Source of the DNA: Octopus vulgaris
Lineage: Eukaryota
DNA length: 64,000 nucleotides
Direction of reading: 5' to 3'
Assembly: GCA_951406725.2 (NCBI GenBank)
Contig: OX597838.1
Span: forward strand, 40,734,001-40,798,000
Below are positions 29,400 through 39,660 of the stretch, in pieces. Made by a program: the position numbers and the translations under genes. The number at the start of each line of letters is the position of its first letter. Position 1 is the stretch's first letter. The notes under the pieces were generated by a model that worked only from the letters and a program-made list of their open reading frames with translations, was not told where the DNA came from and did not search any database.

Positions 29400-29900
29400 T
29401 GGGTTATACCATATGACCTTCCTATGCCTGTTGCTTTTAATATGTATGTTACGTAAGTTTGGAGAATATTTTATTCTATCTTGATATCTCCTATCTGATA
29501 ATGTCTCGTGTGGTTACCCCTTGAAGGTGGTTTGCTCGGAAGATAATGGAGCAATTTTCTTATCGGTACTTACATACAAGATGACGTTTTGTAATTGATT
29601 GAGTTAGGTTCCGATGAACAAATAGAATGATGTTTTGTTTCTTCAAAATCCATGTGATGTGAATTGTAGTTTAGTTCAGAGAATTGCAAAGTTGCGTGTT
29701 CATCTGAAAATGTGCTTCAATCAAGATAGAGCTTATAGATCTTTTACAATCAATCGCTATGACATCGTTGATGTGTATATACATAGCTGTGAAGTAACCA
29801 CAACAAATTGCAAAATAGATCTGGATGATTTTATACCTTATTTTGGCAAGGTGATAGTTTGGATTTGTTCAGATGGATTATGTTAACAGTGAAGAAGCAT
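29400..29900 (-). pseudogene. Possible very decayed PLE RT fragment
   Basis: FTAMYIHIN...ITWILKKQNIILF...KIAP across frames; ~70 bp is shared with 54335-54405. Confidence 0.3.
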
Positions 29901-30057
29901 ATACATATTAAAATATTTGTTTTTATATTATAGTAAAAGCAATTTTACTACTAGAGCTTATAGATCTTTTACGTTTAGTAGAGTATAAATTTATCATTCT
30001 TTCACAAGAATTGTATTGGCGATGACTTCGAAGTTTCAGCCAGCTAAGCTATCATTG

Positions 30058-30104
30058 AACAGTCCGATGAAGGCTAGGGTAGCCGAAACCTCGAAGTGTC
30101 TGTT
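30058..30104 (+). ncRNA. Degenerate HHR, C4 variant
   Basis: AACAG-T-CCGATGA-A-GGCTA-GGG-TAGCC-GAAACCTCGAAGT-G-TCTGTT; inverted partial copy gacttcgaagtttc at 30024. Confidence 0.55.
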
Positions 30105-30131
30105 AATATTATTTATGCGAAAGTGAATGTA

Positions 30132-30184
<53 letters not shown>

Positions 30185-30814
30185 TTGTTTCCTTTACAGT
30201 AATACACGTTATTAGATTATTACAGACGCCATGTTTCGATCGACATATTCCACTCCTGTACTTGTACTGCGTTGTAAATAAATTATCCATGTATTTGTAG
30301 GTAAGATTGTCAGACACATGAGTCCCATAATATTTGAATAATTACAGAAACTAATTATTGGTCTTTCAAAACATTTGATGATCTTTACTTATTAAGAGTT
30401 ACGCAACGGGTGAGTATCAGTGTAACCACTGGTTACTTAACCACTTGGAGCGTGCGTAACCTTAAATGTATTCGGAATACCAATATCTGGTCTGTCATTA
30501 TTCATATATTTGTGTGTCTATGTATCTATTTATATGTATATAGATCTATGTATACATGCATTATATGTACATACACACACTCACGCATGCACACACTCAT
30601 GTGAGCACATGTGAGAAAATATGATGAAGAAAATAGCCCAGAATTGCCAGAAATTTAAATCATTGTATTGTTCCAAAAGAGATTGGTTACGTAAAACTCT
30701 GAGTAGCGGTTTGTGAAGATTTATTCTGCTCCAAATAAATATGTTTTTGTGTGTGAGATTGTTAATGCATGTGTGTGAGCATATATGAGTTTCTTTGTAT
30801 GATTGTGTGCTTGT

Positions 30815-31260
30815 GTATGTATGTATGTATGTATGTATGTATGTATGTATGTATGTATGTATGTATGTATGTAGGTAGGTATGTATGTATGTATGTATGT
30901 ATGTATGTATGTACGTATGTATTATGTATGTATGTTTGTATGAATGTATGCATGCATGCACGCATGTATGTATGTATGTATGTATGTTTGTATGTATGTA
31001 TGTATGTATGTATGTATGTATGTATGTATGTATGTATGTATGTATGTATGTATGTATGTATGTATGTATGTAGGTAGGTAGGTATGTAGGTATGTATGTA
31101 TGTATGTATGTATGCATGCATGCATGCATGCATGCATGTATGTATGTTTGTATGAATGTATGCATGCATGCACGCATGTATGTATGTATGTATGTATGTA
31201 TGTATGTATGTATGTATGTATGTAGTATGCATGCATGCATGTATGTATGTATGTATATAT
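30815..31260. repeat. (ATGT)n/(ATGC)n compound tetranucleotide array
   Basis: Seen directly; contains an internal duplicated variant block. Confidence 0.95.
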
Positions 31261-31264
31261 GCAT

Positions 31265-31822
31265 GTTCAGGTCAGATCACTTTCGAGTGCTACTGGCAAC
31301 ATGTAACCCAGTACAACCTGTTGCATGGTCGGGTCGTCGGCGACTAAACTGGCAACCCCACCAAGCTTGCTTGGTGAGGAGGGTGTTTATTGGCCACCCT
31401 GCGGGATGAAAAACAAAACCCGTCAAAGGGCGGAGGAACTCTTGAGAGTGAACGGCCATCCAATAAATGTCTTAAGGCTGTATCATGCGCAGGACATAGA
31501 AATAATCGGACTGAATACCCGATCGCGCGGTTAAACCATTGGGAGTGAAGGACTCCTAGCCTTTGTTAGGGCATCCTTCTAGGAGAAGGTAACTCAGGTA
31601 ACTGGGATAACTCCGACATAAAACCTGCGGCTCAGTGGTTACCGATGATGTTGACTTGTTCTTCTTTTCGGATTATGGCTGCTGTTGCTTAGTGAGTGGG
31701 ATTGACTCAGTGCACAGCTTTTCTTCACTTTAAAAAAAATCTTCTTGCACAGGCATTGCACGATAACGACAATGATTAAGCTTCGTGCAATGGCCATACT
31801 AGATGACGAGGCGGCAGACACC
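31265..31822 (+). mobile_element. Non-coding RTE-like short element between (ATGT)n tracts
   Basis: agggcatccttctaggagaaggtaactc...aaacc resembles RTE 5' UTRs; GC-richer than its flanks; HDV-like fold at its 5' end. Confidence 0.5.
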
Positions 31823-32270
31823 ATGTATACATGTATGTATACATGTATGTATGTATGTATGTATGTATGTATGTATGTATGTATGTATGTATGTATGTAT
31901 GTATGTATGTATGTATGCGTGTGCGTGTTCTATAACTGAGTGCGTGATAGTATACTGAGCGTAGAAGCTGCAATATTTTCTTGCGTGAATTGCAAAGCGC
32001 ATTTGCAAAGCTAAGAAAATAAAACAGTGACTCGTTTTCAGCAAAGATTTACTTATCTACCATGGAACTCATTTGCATATTTATGCATATTCATCTACTT
32101 CTCAAGCATTCACAGTGATTTACCAAACTTCCCTATTTTCAATATCTTTGGCATACGTCCGTCTTTATAATTACTTCTGTTTATCTATATTAATGGATGT
32201 CCCAACTCCGTTACTCATCCTTATTCTGCTACAGTAATATTTTCTACTACGTATGATAGTTGTCTTTTGT

Positions 32271-32310
32271 AATAATAATAATGATAATAATAATAATAAT
32301 AATAATAATG

Positions 32311-32374
<64 letters not shown>

Positions 32375-32430
32375 TAATAATAATAATATTAATAATAATA
32401 ATAATAATGATAATAATAATAATGATGATG

Positions 32431-32503
<73 letters not shown>
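32271..32503. repeat. (TAA)n/(TGA)n microsatellite
   Basis: Seen directly. Confidence 0.95.
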
Positions 32504-32504
<1 letters not shown>

Positions 32505-32837
32505 TGTCTGGAACCGTGAAAACTTCAGGGAAAACAAAAAATGTAAGCATCTGTAAATAGCGACTTCATTTAATAACAATCGAATAATTATGTATAAGCA
32601 GGACTCTTGGAAATTCTACGAAATACAAAAAATGTAAGCATCTTTAAAAGTAACATCCAATTATAATGTAGAAAAGTAAAAGTAATATCTAATATTGGCT
32701 GAGGACCCAGAATATAGAATACGGGAATTAATTATATTGTAGGTTGTGAGTCTGTGCACTCTGAAAATACTGATAAACATTTAAAAAGACAAAGCGAACG
32801 CCACCTTCCTTTCAGTCACCACTCACTCTCTATCTAG

Positions 32838-33202
32838 TGGAGGCGCAATGGCCCAGTGGTTAGGGCAGCGGACTCGCGGTCATAGGATCGCGGTTTCGAT
32901 TCGTTGTGAGTGTTTATTGAACGAAAACACCTCCACGAGGCTCCGGCAGGGGATGGTGGTGATCCCTGCTGTACTCTTTCACCACAACTTTCTCTCACTC
33001 TTACTTCCTGTTTCTGTTGTACCTGTATTTCAAAGGGCCGGCCTTGTCACTCTCTGTGTCACGCTGAATGTCCCCGAGAACTACGTTAAGGGTACACGTG
33101 TCTGTGGAGTGCTCAGCCACTTACACGTTAATTTCACGAGCAGGCTGTTCCATTGATCAGATCAACCGGAACCCTCATCGTCGTAACCGACGGAGTGCTT
33201 CC
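32838..33202 (+). mobile_element. tRNA-derived SINE with TSD
   Basis: A box tggcccagtggttagg, B box ggtttcgattc; flanking direct repeat actctctatct. Confidence 0.8.
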
Positions 33203-33319
33203 ACTCTCTATCTCTTTCTCTTTCACCCCTTCTTTGTCCCTCCTCTCCCTCGCTCTGCCACTCACTACAACTGTATCTTCTCTGCTTAACACTTTTTATT
33301 TTTTCTTTCTTTCTACCTC

Positions 33320-34800
33320 TCCCTTCAACTGTAGAAAAGTAACTGTAACATCCAGCCAGCGCACCCTCCACATTAGAAACTCCTCCTCCTGCACTCCTTC
33401 CAGTCTTATCCATTGCATTAGATGTAATCTCTGCAATTAGCTGCACAACGGTCTGCCGGACCGCCGGCTGGCCGACCGATTCACTGAACATCTATAAGAT
33501 GTTCGGCTACACACGAGCACCCCCGTCGCCCGTCATTTCCGCTTGGCTAACCACTCCACCTCTAATATCTCCGTCTTCGGCATCGCCCTGCTCCACGAAT
33601 CCACACACTCCCAACTCCGCCGGGAATAGTGTTACATTTTCAGTCTACAAACATAAACTCCTTTCGGACTCAACCCCTCCTTTCAATGACTGTCTCAACG
33701 CCCTCCTTAAAAAATAACTATTTATCCTATTTTATATTCACTCAGTTTTTTTCACTTTTATTTGTTGTTTTCGATTTTTCATCGTTTTTTCCGTCGTAAT
33801 TATTTTTATCCTTTTATTTCATTTTATCTATTTATTACCATTTTTTCTTTTTTTATTGTATTATCTTTTTGTAATTGTATTAATTTCTAATTTATCCCTT
33901 TATTTTTTTAATCTTGTAGCTGTTATTTTTTTATTATTTTTTATTATTTTTCATTTTTATTTTTTGTATTTTTTCCTTTTACTCGATTATTTTTATCAAT
34001 CTTATTTTATTTTACTTTTATATGCACACACAAGCACACATACATACACAGTACATACACACACGCACACATACACGCATGCACACACACATGAACGCAC
34101 ATATACCACCCATACACACCACACATTCACACACAGCACACACACATACATACACCCACACACACCCTTCAGAGTGCCAGTAGCTAATCCTTTCTACTGA
34201 CCATTCCATGTGAAGACACGCACAACTACACAAAAGACCACCACTTCGGTTACCATGGCTGCTGAATTCTTCCTACACCATTAGCAGACGCATATAAACA
34301 GTTATAACCACACATACAACACACACAGTTACCACCACTCGCATACATACACATGCACTCAGTTACAGCCACACCCACACACACACAAAGACACACATAC
34401 ACATGATATTACACAGACGGACATAGACATTTAGTATTTCTTATTTTGATAATCAGTGAATAGACTTCACTGAATTATAGATATATACAATACGAAGTTG
34501 AGACAAATATCGCCGGCTGACCGGTGTCTGCTACTCTAGGCCGATGAAGGACAATGATCCTGAAACACGTGTCCCTAGATGCAGTTCCGGCGGCCGGGGG
34601 TGTTTGTCTCCCCTTCGTAAATGTATATAAGGACACAGGGAAAAATGTGTCAAAGCCATCAGGAGGCGTTCGATGCTTCCTAGGGCTATACAGCGGTGGT
34701 GTACCCCCCTACTGTCACGTTCGTGTTAGATTGACAGTATACAACCATTCTATCGCCCCACCACTGTACATGTCTCTACGAGAGATTTAGAAATTTAGTA
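33320..34800 (+). mobile_element. 5'-truncated decayed Neptune-like PLE (GIY-YIG remnant, 3' UTR, HHR)
   Basis: HIRNSSSCTPSSLIHCIRCNLCN*...RRLADRFTEHL...PVARHF, followed by an HHR at 34535-34579. Confidence 0.7.
34535..34579 (+). ncRNA. Type I HHR, C4 variant
   Basis: TCTAGG-CCGATGA-AGGA-CAATGA-TCCT-GAA-ACACGTGT-C/CCTAGA; all three stems pair; GUC triplet. Confidence 0.8.
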
Positions 34801-34808
34801 TTTCATAT

Positions 34809-34896
<88 letters not shown>

Positions 34897-35109
34897 ATAC
34901 ACGTGTATATATGTGTATGTATGTATTTATGCATCTGTGTTTGTCTCCCCCCCCTCATTATCGCTTGACAACCGATCTTGATGTGTTTATGTCCCCAAAT
35001 CTTAGCGGTAGAAAATGTATTTACAAAGACTAAGTCCTTGGGTCGATTTGTTTGACTAAAGGCAGTGCTCCAGCATGGCCGCAGTCAAAATGACTGAAAC
35101 AAGTAAAAC

Positions 35110-35630
35110 AAAATATAACCGAATGTAGCTGTGACAATAGGTACAAATAGGAACCCATAGTCAGGGTACAAGAGTTGTAAGTTCCGCATTAATTCGCCAT
35201 AAAATATCCTTTTTTTCCTGGACTTTTGATTCTCCACTCACATTTCTGATGGGAAGCTGACCGCTACAACAGCGCACGACTTTTGTTCCCTGCACCACAG
35301 AAAAATATCAGATCTATTATGTTTTCACCGAATTGCTGTTTTGGGTTTTTTTTTTACTAGAATATGCCACCAGTATTCCTTGTTTTTACAGGTGTGAGAA
35401 CCTGGTGGTTCTGACATGCCTTTGATGTATACGCCAGGGCAGTCTTTCCTGCTGATAGCATTGTCAATAGTTTTTGCAACTATATCATGCCTTAGGGGCA
35501 GATAATATCTCAGACATTTTGGGGAAGCTGATGATGATGTGAGTGATATCTTTCACACTGGAATCTCAGAGACGATAAATTTTATCACAACATGGAGGTT
35601 TGGTGCGGGCGCTGGTATGGCTATCTTCTG
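35110..35630 (-). pseudogene. Decayed RLE-type (R4/Dong-like) LINE C-terminal fragment
   Basis: DITHII...HDIVAKTI...HNRSDIFLW...VSFP across frames, resembling the CCHC knuckle plus RPD motif. Confidence 0.45.
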
Positions 35631-35869
35631 CAAATATTGATATATTAAGTACTAGATTTAAAGAGTAAGAAAGAAATAATATATAGAAGATTCCAGTAAT
35701 ATACATATAAATTCAAGTCGATATGGGTGTAAGGAATGTGTGTTAAACACTCTAGTAAACAATTTACTAGAGTGATGAAGTTGTCATAGAATTTGTGTAA
35801 AAGAGTGGTTGACAATACACGAGCTATTAGCTTACGCAATATATACAATGCATATATATATATATTTTT

Positions 35870-36334
35870 ATAAATAAGGATAATATCGATATTTAAATAT
35901 CGATATTATCAAGTGGCCAGCATGGGAATAAATACCATACAAAGGTAATAATTTTTCACAACTATAAATAAGGGTATCTGAGAGACACCACCATGCCGAA
36001 ATAGCAGTCAAACCCTGACTCTAAAAACCACCTAAAATGTTTATATCGCACTACAAGATAAGGCAGAGAGACAAAATAAACTAGCAAAAAAAAAGGTTTT
36101 ACTGGATAATTCAAGATCCTGGATTTCTAGCTTTGCTTCAAATAAGCTCTGCCTTCGTCAGTTGAATATATCAGATGGGCACATAAATACAAATATATAT
36201 ATATACAGAACACACGTTATACTTACATATACGAACGTCCAAACATACATATATATGCACTTATGTACAAGATCAGAATTAAAATGCCCACCAACCACCT
36301 CGTAAGGGCGATATAGTCAAAATAAACACCGCAG

Positions 36335-36335
<1 letters not shown>
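35870..36335 (-). mobile_element. PLE pLTR-like unit with HHR (36109-36167)
   Basis: ATTCAA-CTGACGA-[irregular stem II with AGCTT/AAGCT]-GAA-ATCC-A-GGAT-C/TTGAAT; shares gaaatagcagtcaaa with the 7319 unit; TA-rich flanks. Confidence 0.7.
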
Positions 36336-36370
<35 letters not shown>

Positions 36371-36381
<11 letters not shown>

Positions 36382-36894
36382 AAAAAATGAAGTACGAAAA
36401 TGCTGCTATATTAGACAAATTTTTAATTTTTATATATACATTATTTATTTAACATGTTTCGGTTCTTGAAATGATGAACCTTATCAAAAAAAATTATATA
36501 TAAAAAACAGACAGTTCATGCTATCAAATATCAAAAATTCATATATAATATACAATAGAGTCAGACATCAAAAGTTCATATATAGTGAAGTGAGTTCATG
36601 CCATATGTTTATAGAGTATGATGCAGTGGTTCATAGTGGTGATATGCATTCAATATAAAAAAATAGTTCATAGTGGTGATGTGCAGTCAATATAAAAAAT
36701 TGATGTTCTTGAAAGAGCGAGGAATTCATTTTAGATTTTACCTTGAGCAACTGTGATGACTTTTGGTCGGTGTCCGCTGGACAGTTCTGGCGAACCTTGT
36801 GAATTGTTTGGGTTTTATATCACCTGTTAGGTGGCCAGTACAGCGGAACGTGACGTCATCAACGTTTTGACCAATCGTTTCGTTAGGTGGCTAG
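36371..36894 (-). repeat. 3' pseudo-LTR (portion duplicated at the 5' end)
   Basis: Only a few differences from 41084-41605. Confidence 0.92.
36445..36492 (-). ncRNA. Minimal HHR with U3-A8 core (second copy ~41158-41207)
   Basis: TTT-TTGATAA-GGTTC-ATCATTTCAA-GAACC-GAA-A-CATG-T-T/AAA; palindromic AACATGTT in stem III. Confidence 0.75.
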
Positions 36895-37215
36895 TCAAGC
36901 AGAACGGGACGTCATCAATATTCTGACCAATCCCGACCTATAGCTGTATTAGATCTGCCCCTTGTCTGTATCCTGTTAGGTGGCTAGTCAAGCAGAACGG
37001 GACGTCATCAATATTCTGACCAATCCCGACCTATAGCTGTATTAGATCTGCCCCTTGTCTGTATCCTGTTAGGTGGCCAGTCCAGCGTAACGGGACGTCA
37101 TCACTGTTTTGACCAATCGTCCCGTTAGGTGGCCAGTCTAGCAGAACGAGATGTCATCAATGTGTTGACCAATCCGAATCGGGTCTGACCCTTAGCTGTA
37201 TCGTATGTGGCCAGT
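36813..37215 (-). promoter_or_regulatory. Pol II promoter array: five CCAAT + CRE-like units and a TATA box
   Basis: TGACGTCA at 36851; GGACGTCA at 36907, 37000 and 37093; CCAAT at 36871, 36927, 37020, 37113 and 37169; minus-strand TATAAAA at 36813-36819. Confidence 0.65.
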
Positions 37216-37362
37216 CCATCGGGATTAGATCTGTTCGAAGAGATCTTTTTATAAATTTTTTCCCTTTTCCCTAAGACATATTTCCGTCAGTGTGAGTGAC
37301 TGTTTAAGGTAGCGGCCGTGGTGGAATTTTGCTTCTCCTTTTCGGAGGACCAATCTTTTGTT

Positions 37363-39660
37363 TTAATATTCCTGGCCCAGGGTGTTTAAACTTGGTCTAA
37401 ATTTTTTGATGAAATTCAGTTCTTTATTTTGGCGTTGCGTGAAGGTTGCGTTGTCACTGAATTTATAAAGCGGGTAAGTTGTAAATTTCGGATTTACATT
37501 TCCAGCACATCTATCTATGTGTCCGCTGACCGGTATTTTCCGGTATTCAGGGTTTCTAATTTGTGATTTATGCACCGCCATCCTGTTACGTAAGCTATTT
37601 TTTGTATGGCCTATATACTGCCTATTGCAGCCTGCGCATGTTATGACGTAAATTAAGTTTTCTGATGCGCAGGTGAAGTTTGCTCTAATGGTGAACTGGT
37701 GGCCTTGTTCTAGTATAAATTCTGAACCTTCTATCAAGATGACACAGATTCCGCAGTTGGGCCTTCCACATTTTCTAACTGCTGGTTTTGTGGTTGATGT
37801 TGAGTGCAGTTTAGCTTGGGTTAAAATCCTTTTCAAGGATTTTGGTTGCCGTTTACTTTTAATGATGGTGTGTGTTTCGAGGATCCGGTTCATCTTTGGG
37901 TCTCCCTTTAGTAGGGCTGTGCTTTGTAGTATGGTGCTGAAGGCCTCATTGTTGAGTGGGTTGTGTGTAGAGATGTAGGGAAGGGTTTTTAATTGTTCTT
38001 TCTTTTTTGGTTTTGTTTGTCTCAGGTCTTCTATACTTAATTTGAGTGCCCTTTGGATTGCACTGTCTATTAGGGGCTGTGGATAGTTTCTATTTGTGAG
38101 TGTGGTTCTAAGTTCCTGGAGACGTGTGTGTCGAGTGTTTGTGTCTGATATTATGGTGCAGATCCTTCTAGCTAAACAAAAAGGGACATTTATTCTAGTG
38201 TGTCGTGGGTGGCATGAATCAAAGGGTAGGTATTGCTTGGAGTCTATCGGTTTATAGTAGATATCTGTCTCTATTTTTTTGCCGGTTTTCTTAATGAGGA
38301 TGTCTAAAAATGGTAATTCTTTTTCGTTGTGATCCATCGTGAATTGTATATTATCATTTATTCCATTTAATAGTATTTTAAATTCCTCAAGTTTCTCTAT
38401 ACCTTTGTCCCAGATGATGAAACAGTCATCGAGGTATCTTTTCCAGTTGTTATGGATATAGGTGGCGAAGGTGTTTCCAAATTTCTCGAGTGTTATCTGG
38501 TAGAGTATTTTCTCGAGGTATCCCATCACTAGGTTGGCAAAAGATGGTGCAGTACGCGTGCCCATCGCTGTTCCCGATCTTTGTCTGTAGAAATTATTGT
38601 CAAAAATAAAGTAATTGTTCTCTAAAATAAATCTAAGTCCTTCTATTATAAGGTCTTTGTTTATGCGAGTTGGGAGTTCAAAGGGGTAGTTATTCAGCCA
38701 GAAGGTGATCGCTTCTATTCCTAGGCTGTGAGGGATGTTAGAATAAAGATTAACTACGTCGAATGATACTAGAAGGGTTTTCTCATTGACTGTTTTAGGG
38801 AGGTGGTTGAGCATATCTATATCGTCTCTTACGTAGCTTTTGATGTGTTTTAGGAAAGGTTTAAGAAGTGTGTCTAAGAAACTGCTGAGGCGGTGAGTCT
38901 CACATGCTGGCCCTGCTATTATCGGTCTAAGTTTAAGATCATTTGGTGAAGGGATTTTGATGAGTATATCGGTGGATGTTTTGCACGTTTCTCTAATTAT
39001 TTGGCTTTTGTGTACTTTAGGGATACCATAGAACAAACTCGATTTGCATTTGAAGTTAGTGATGTATTCATACTCCTTGTCCGTGAGTCCTTCTCGGTAT
39101 GTGTTGATTAATGTCCTAAGGTTATGCATTATTTTTTGCTGATTATACTGTTGGGCCCTTTCATAATACGTTTCATCTCTTAATAGGGATAGCACTAAAT
39201 TTTTATAATCGTTTGTATTCATTATTACTATCGCGTTGCCCTTATCTGCCTCCTTAATTGTTATTGCTTTGTCTTCTCTTAGTTTGATGAGGTCGTTCCA
39301 TTCTCTTTTGTTGAAGTTAGGGCTGTGTTTTTGTTTCTTGATGAATTGAAACGGGAAATTAGTTATGTAGTCACAATAGCGGTCTAAGGCTTTATTCTTT
39401 CCCTTGGTGGGGGTGTAATTGCTCTTGTTTCTAGCTATTGAATCCTCCTCTTTTTGATTGTCTTGAAATTCCTCGGTGAGTCTTAGTTTTCTGCAAAATT
39501 CCGAAATATCATCTTTCATTTCATAGTAATTAGAACGTTGTGGGGTTGGTGTAAATTTAAGTCCTTTGGAGAGTATGCTTATTTCGTTAGGTGTAAGTTC
39601 TTTGTTTGAGAGATTGATTATCTTAATTACCTGAGGTTTCTTTTGTTTGTCCTTTGCCAT
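37363..39660 (-). CDS. PLE reverse transcriptase + GIY-YIG endonuclease (765 aa, uninterrupted)
   Basis: ADKG, YGIPKVHK, RPII, FDVVNLYSNI, GTAMGT, RYLDD, FLD, CHP; Neptune linker CGRPNCGIC; NLIYVITCAGC..YIGHT with CCHH residues. Confidence 0.95.
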   Translation of the reverse strand: MAKDKQKKPQVIKIINLSNKELTPNEISILSKGLKFTPTPQRSNYYEMKDDISEFCRKLRLTEEFQDNQKEEDSIARNKSNYTPTKGKNKALDRYCDYITNFPFQFIKKQKHSPNFNKREWNDLIKLREDKAITIKEADKGNAIVIMNTNDYKNLVLSLLRDETYYERAQQYNQQKIMHNLRTLINTYREGLTDKEYEYITNFKCKSSLFYGIPKVHKSQIIRETCKTSTDILIKIPSPNDLKLRPIIAGPACETHRLSSFLDTLLKPFLKHIKSYVRDDIDMLNHLPKTVNEKTLLVSFDVVNLYSNIPHSLGIEAITFWLNNYPFELPTRINKDLIIEGLRFILENNYFIFDNNFYRQRSGTAMGTRTAPSFANLVMGYLEKILYQITLEKFGNTFATYIHNNWKRYLDDCFIIWDKGIEKLEEFKILLNGINDNIQFTMDHNEKELPFLDILIKKTGKKIETDIYYKPIDSKQYLPFDSCHPRHTRINVPFCLARRICTIISDTNTRHTRLQELRTTLTNRNYPQPLIDSAIQRALKLSIEDLRQTKPKKKEQLKTLPYISTHNPLNNEAFSTILQSTALLKGDPKMNRILETHTIIKSKRQPKSLKRILTQAKLHSTSTTKPAVRKCGRPNCGICVILIEGSEFILEQGHQFTIRANFTCASENLIYVITCAGCNRQYIGHTKNSLRNRMAVHKSQIRNPEYRKIPVSGHIDRCAGNVNPKFTTYPLYKFSDNATFTQRQNKELNFIKKFRPSLNTLGQEY

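Noticed and set aside
36825-37215. CRISPR-like appearance of repeated units
   Set aside because: The intervening sequences are themselves duplicated, there are no cas genes and the context is eukaryotic; better explained as a promoter minisatellite.
37673-37978. Antisense ORFs over the PLE (also 40327-40704)
   Set aside because: Shadow frames of the minus-strand coding sequence.
37363-39660. Selenoprotein-type (Naiad) PLE
   Set aside because: The endonuclease is C-terminal and the ORF has no in-frame TGA.
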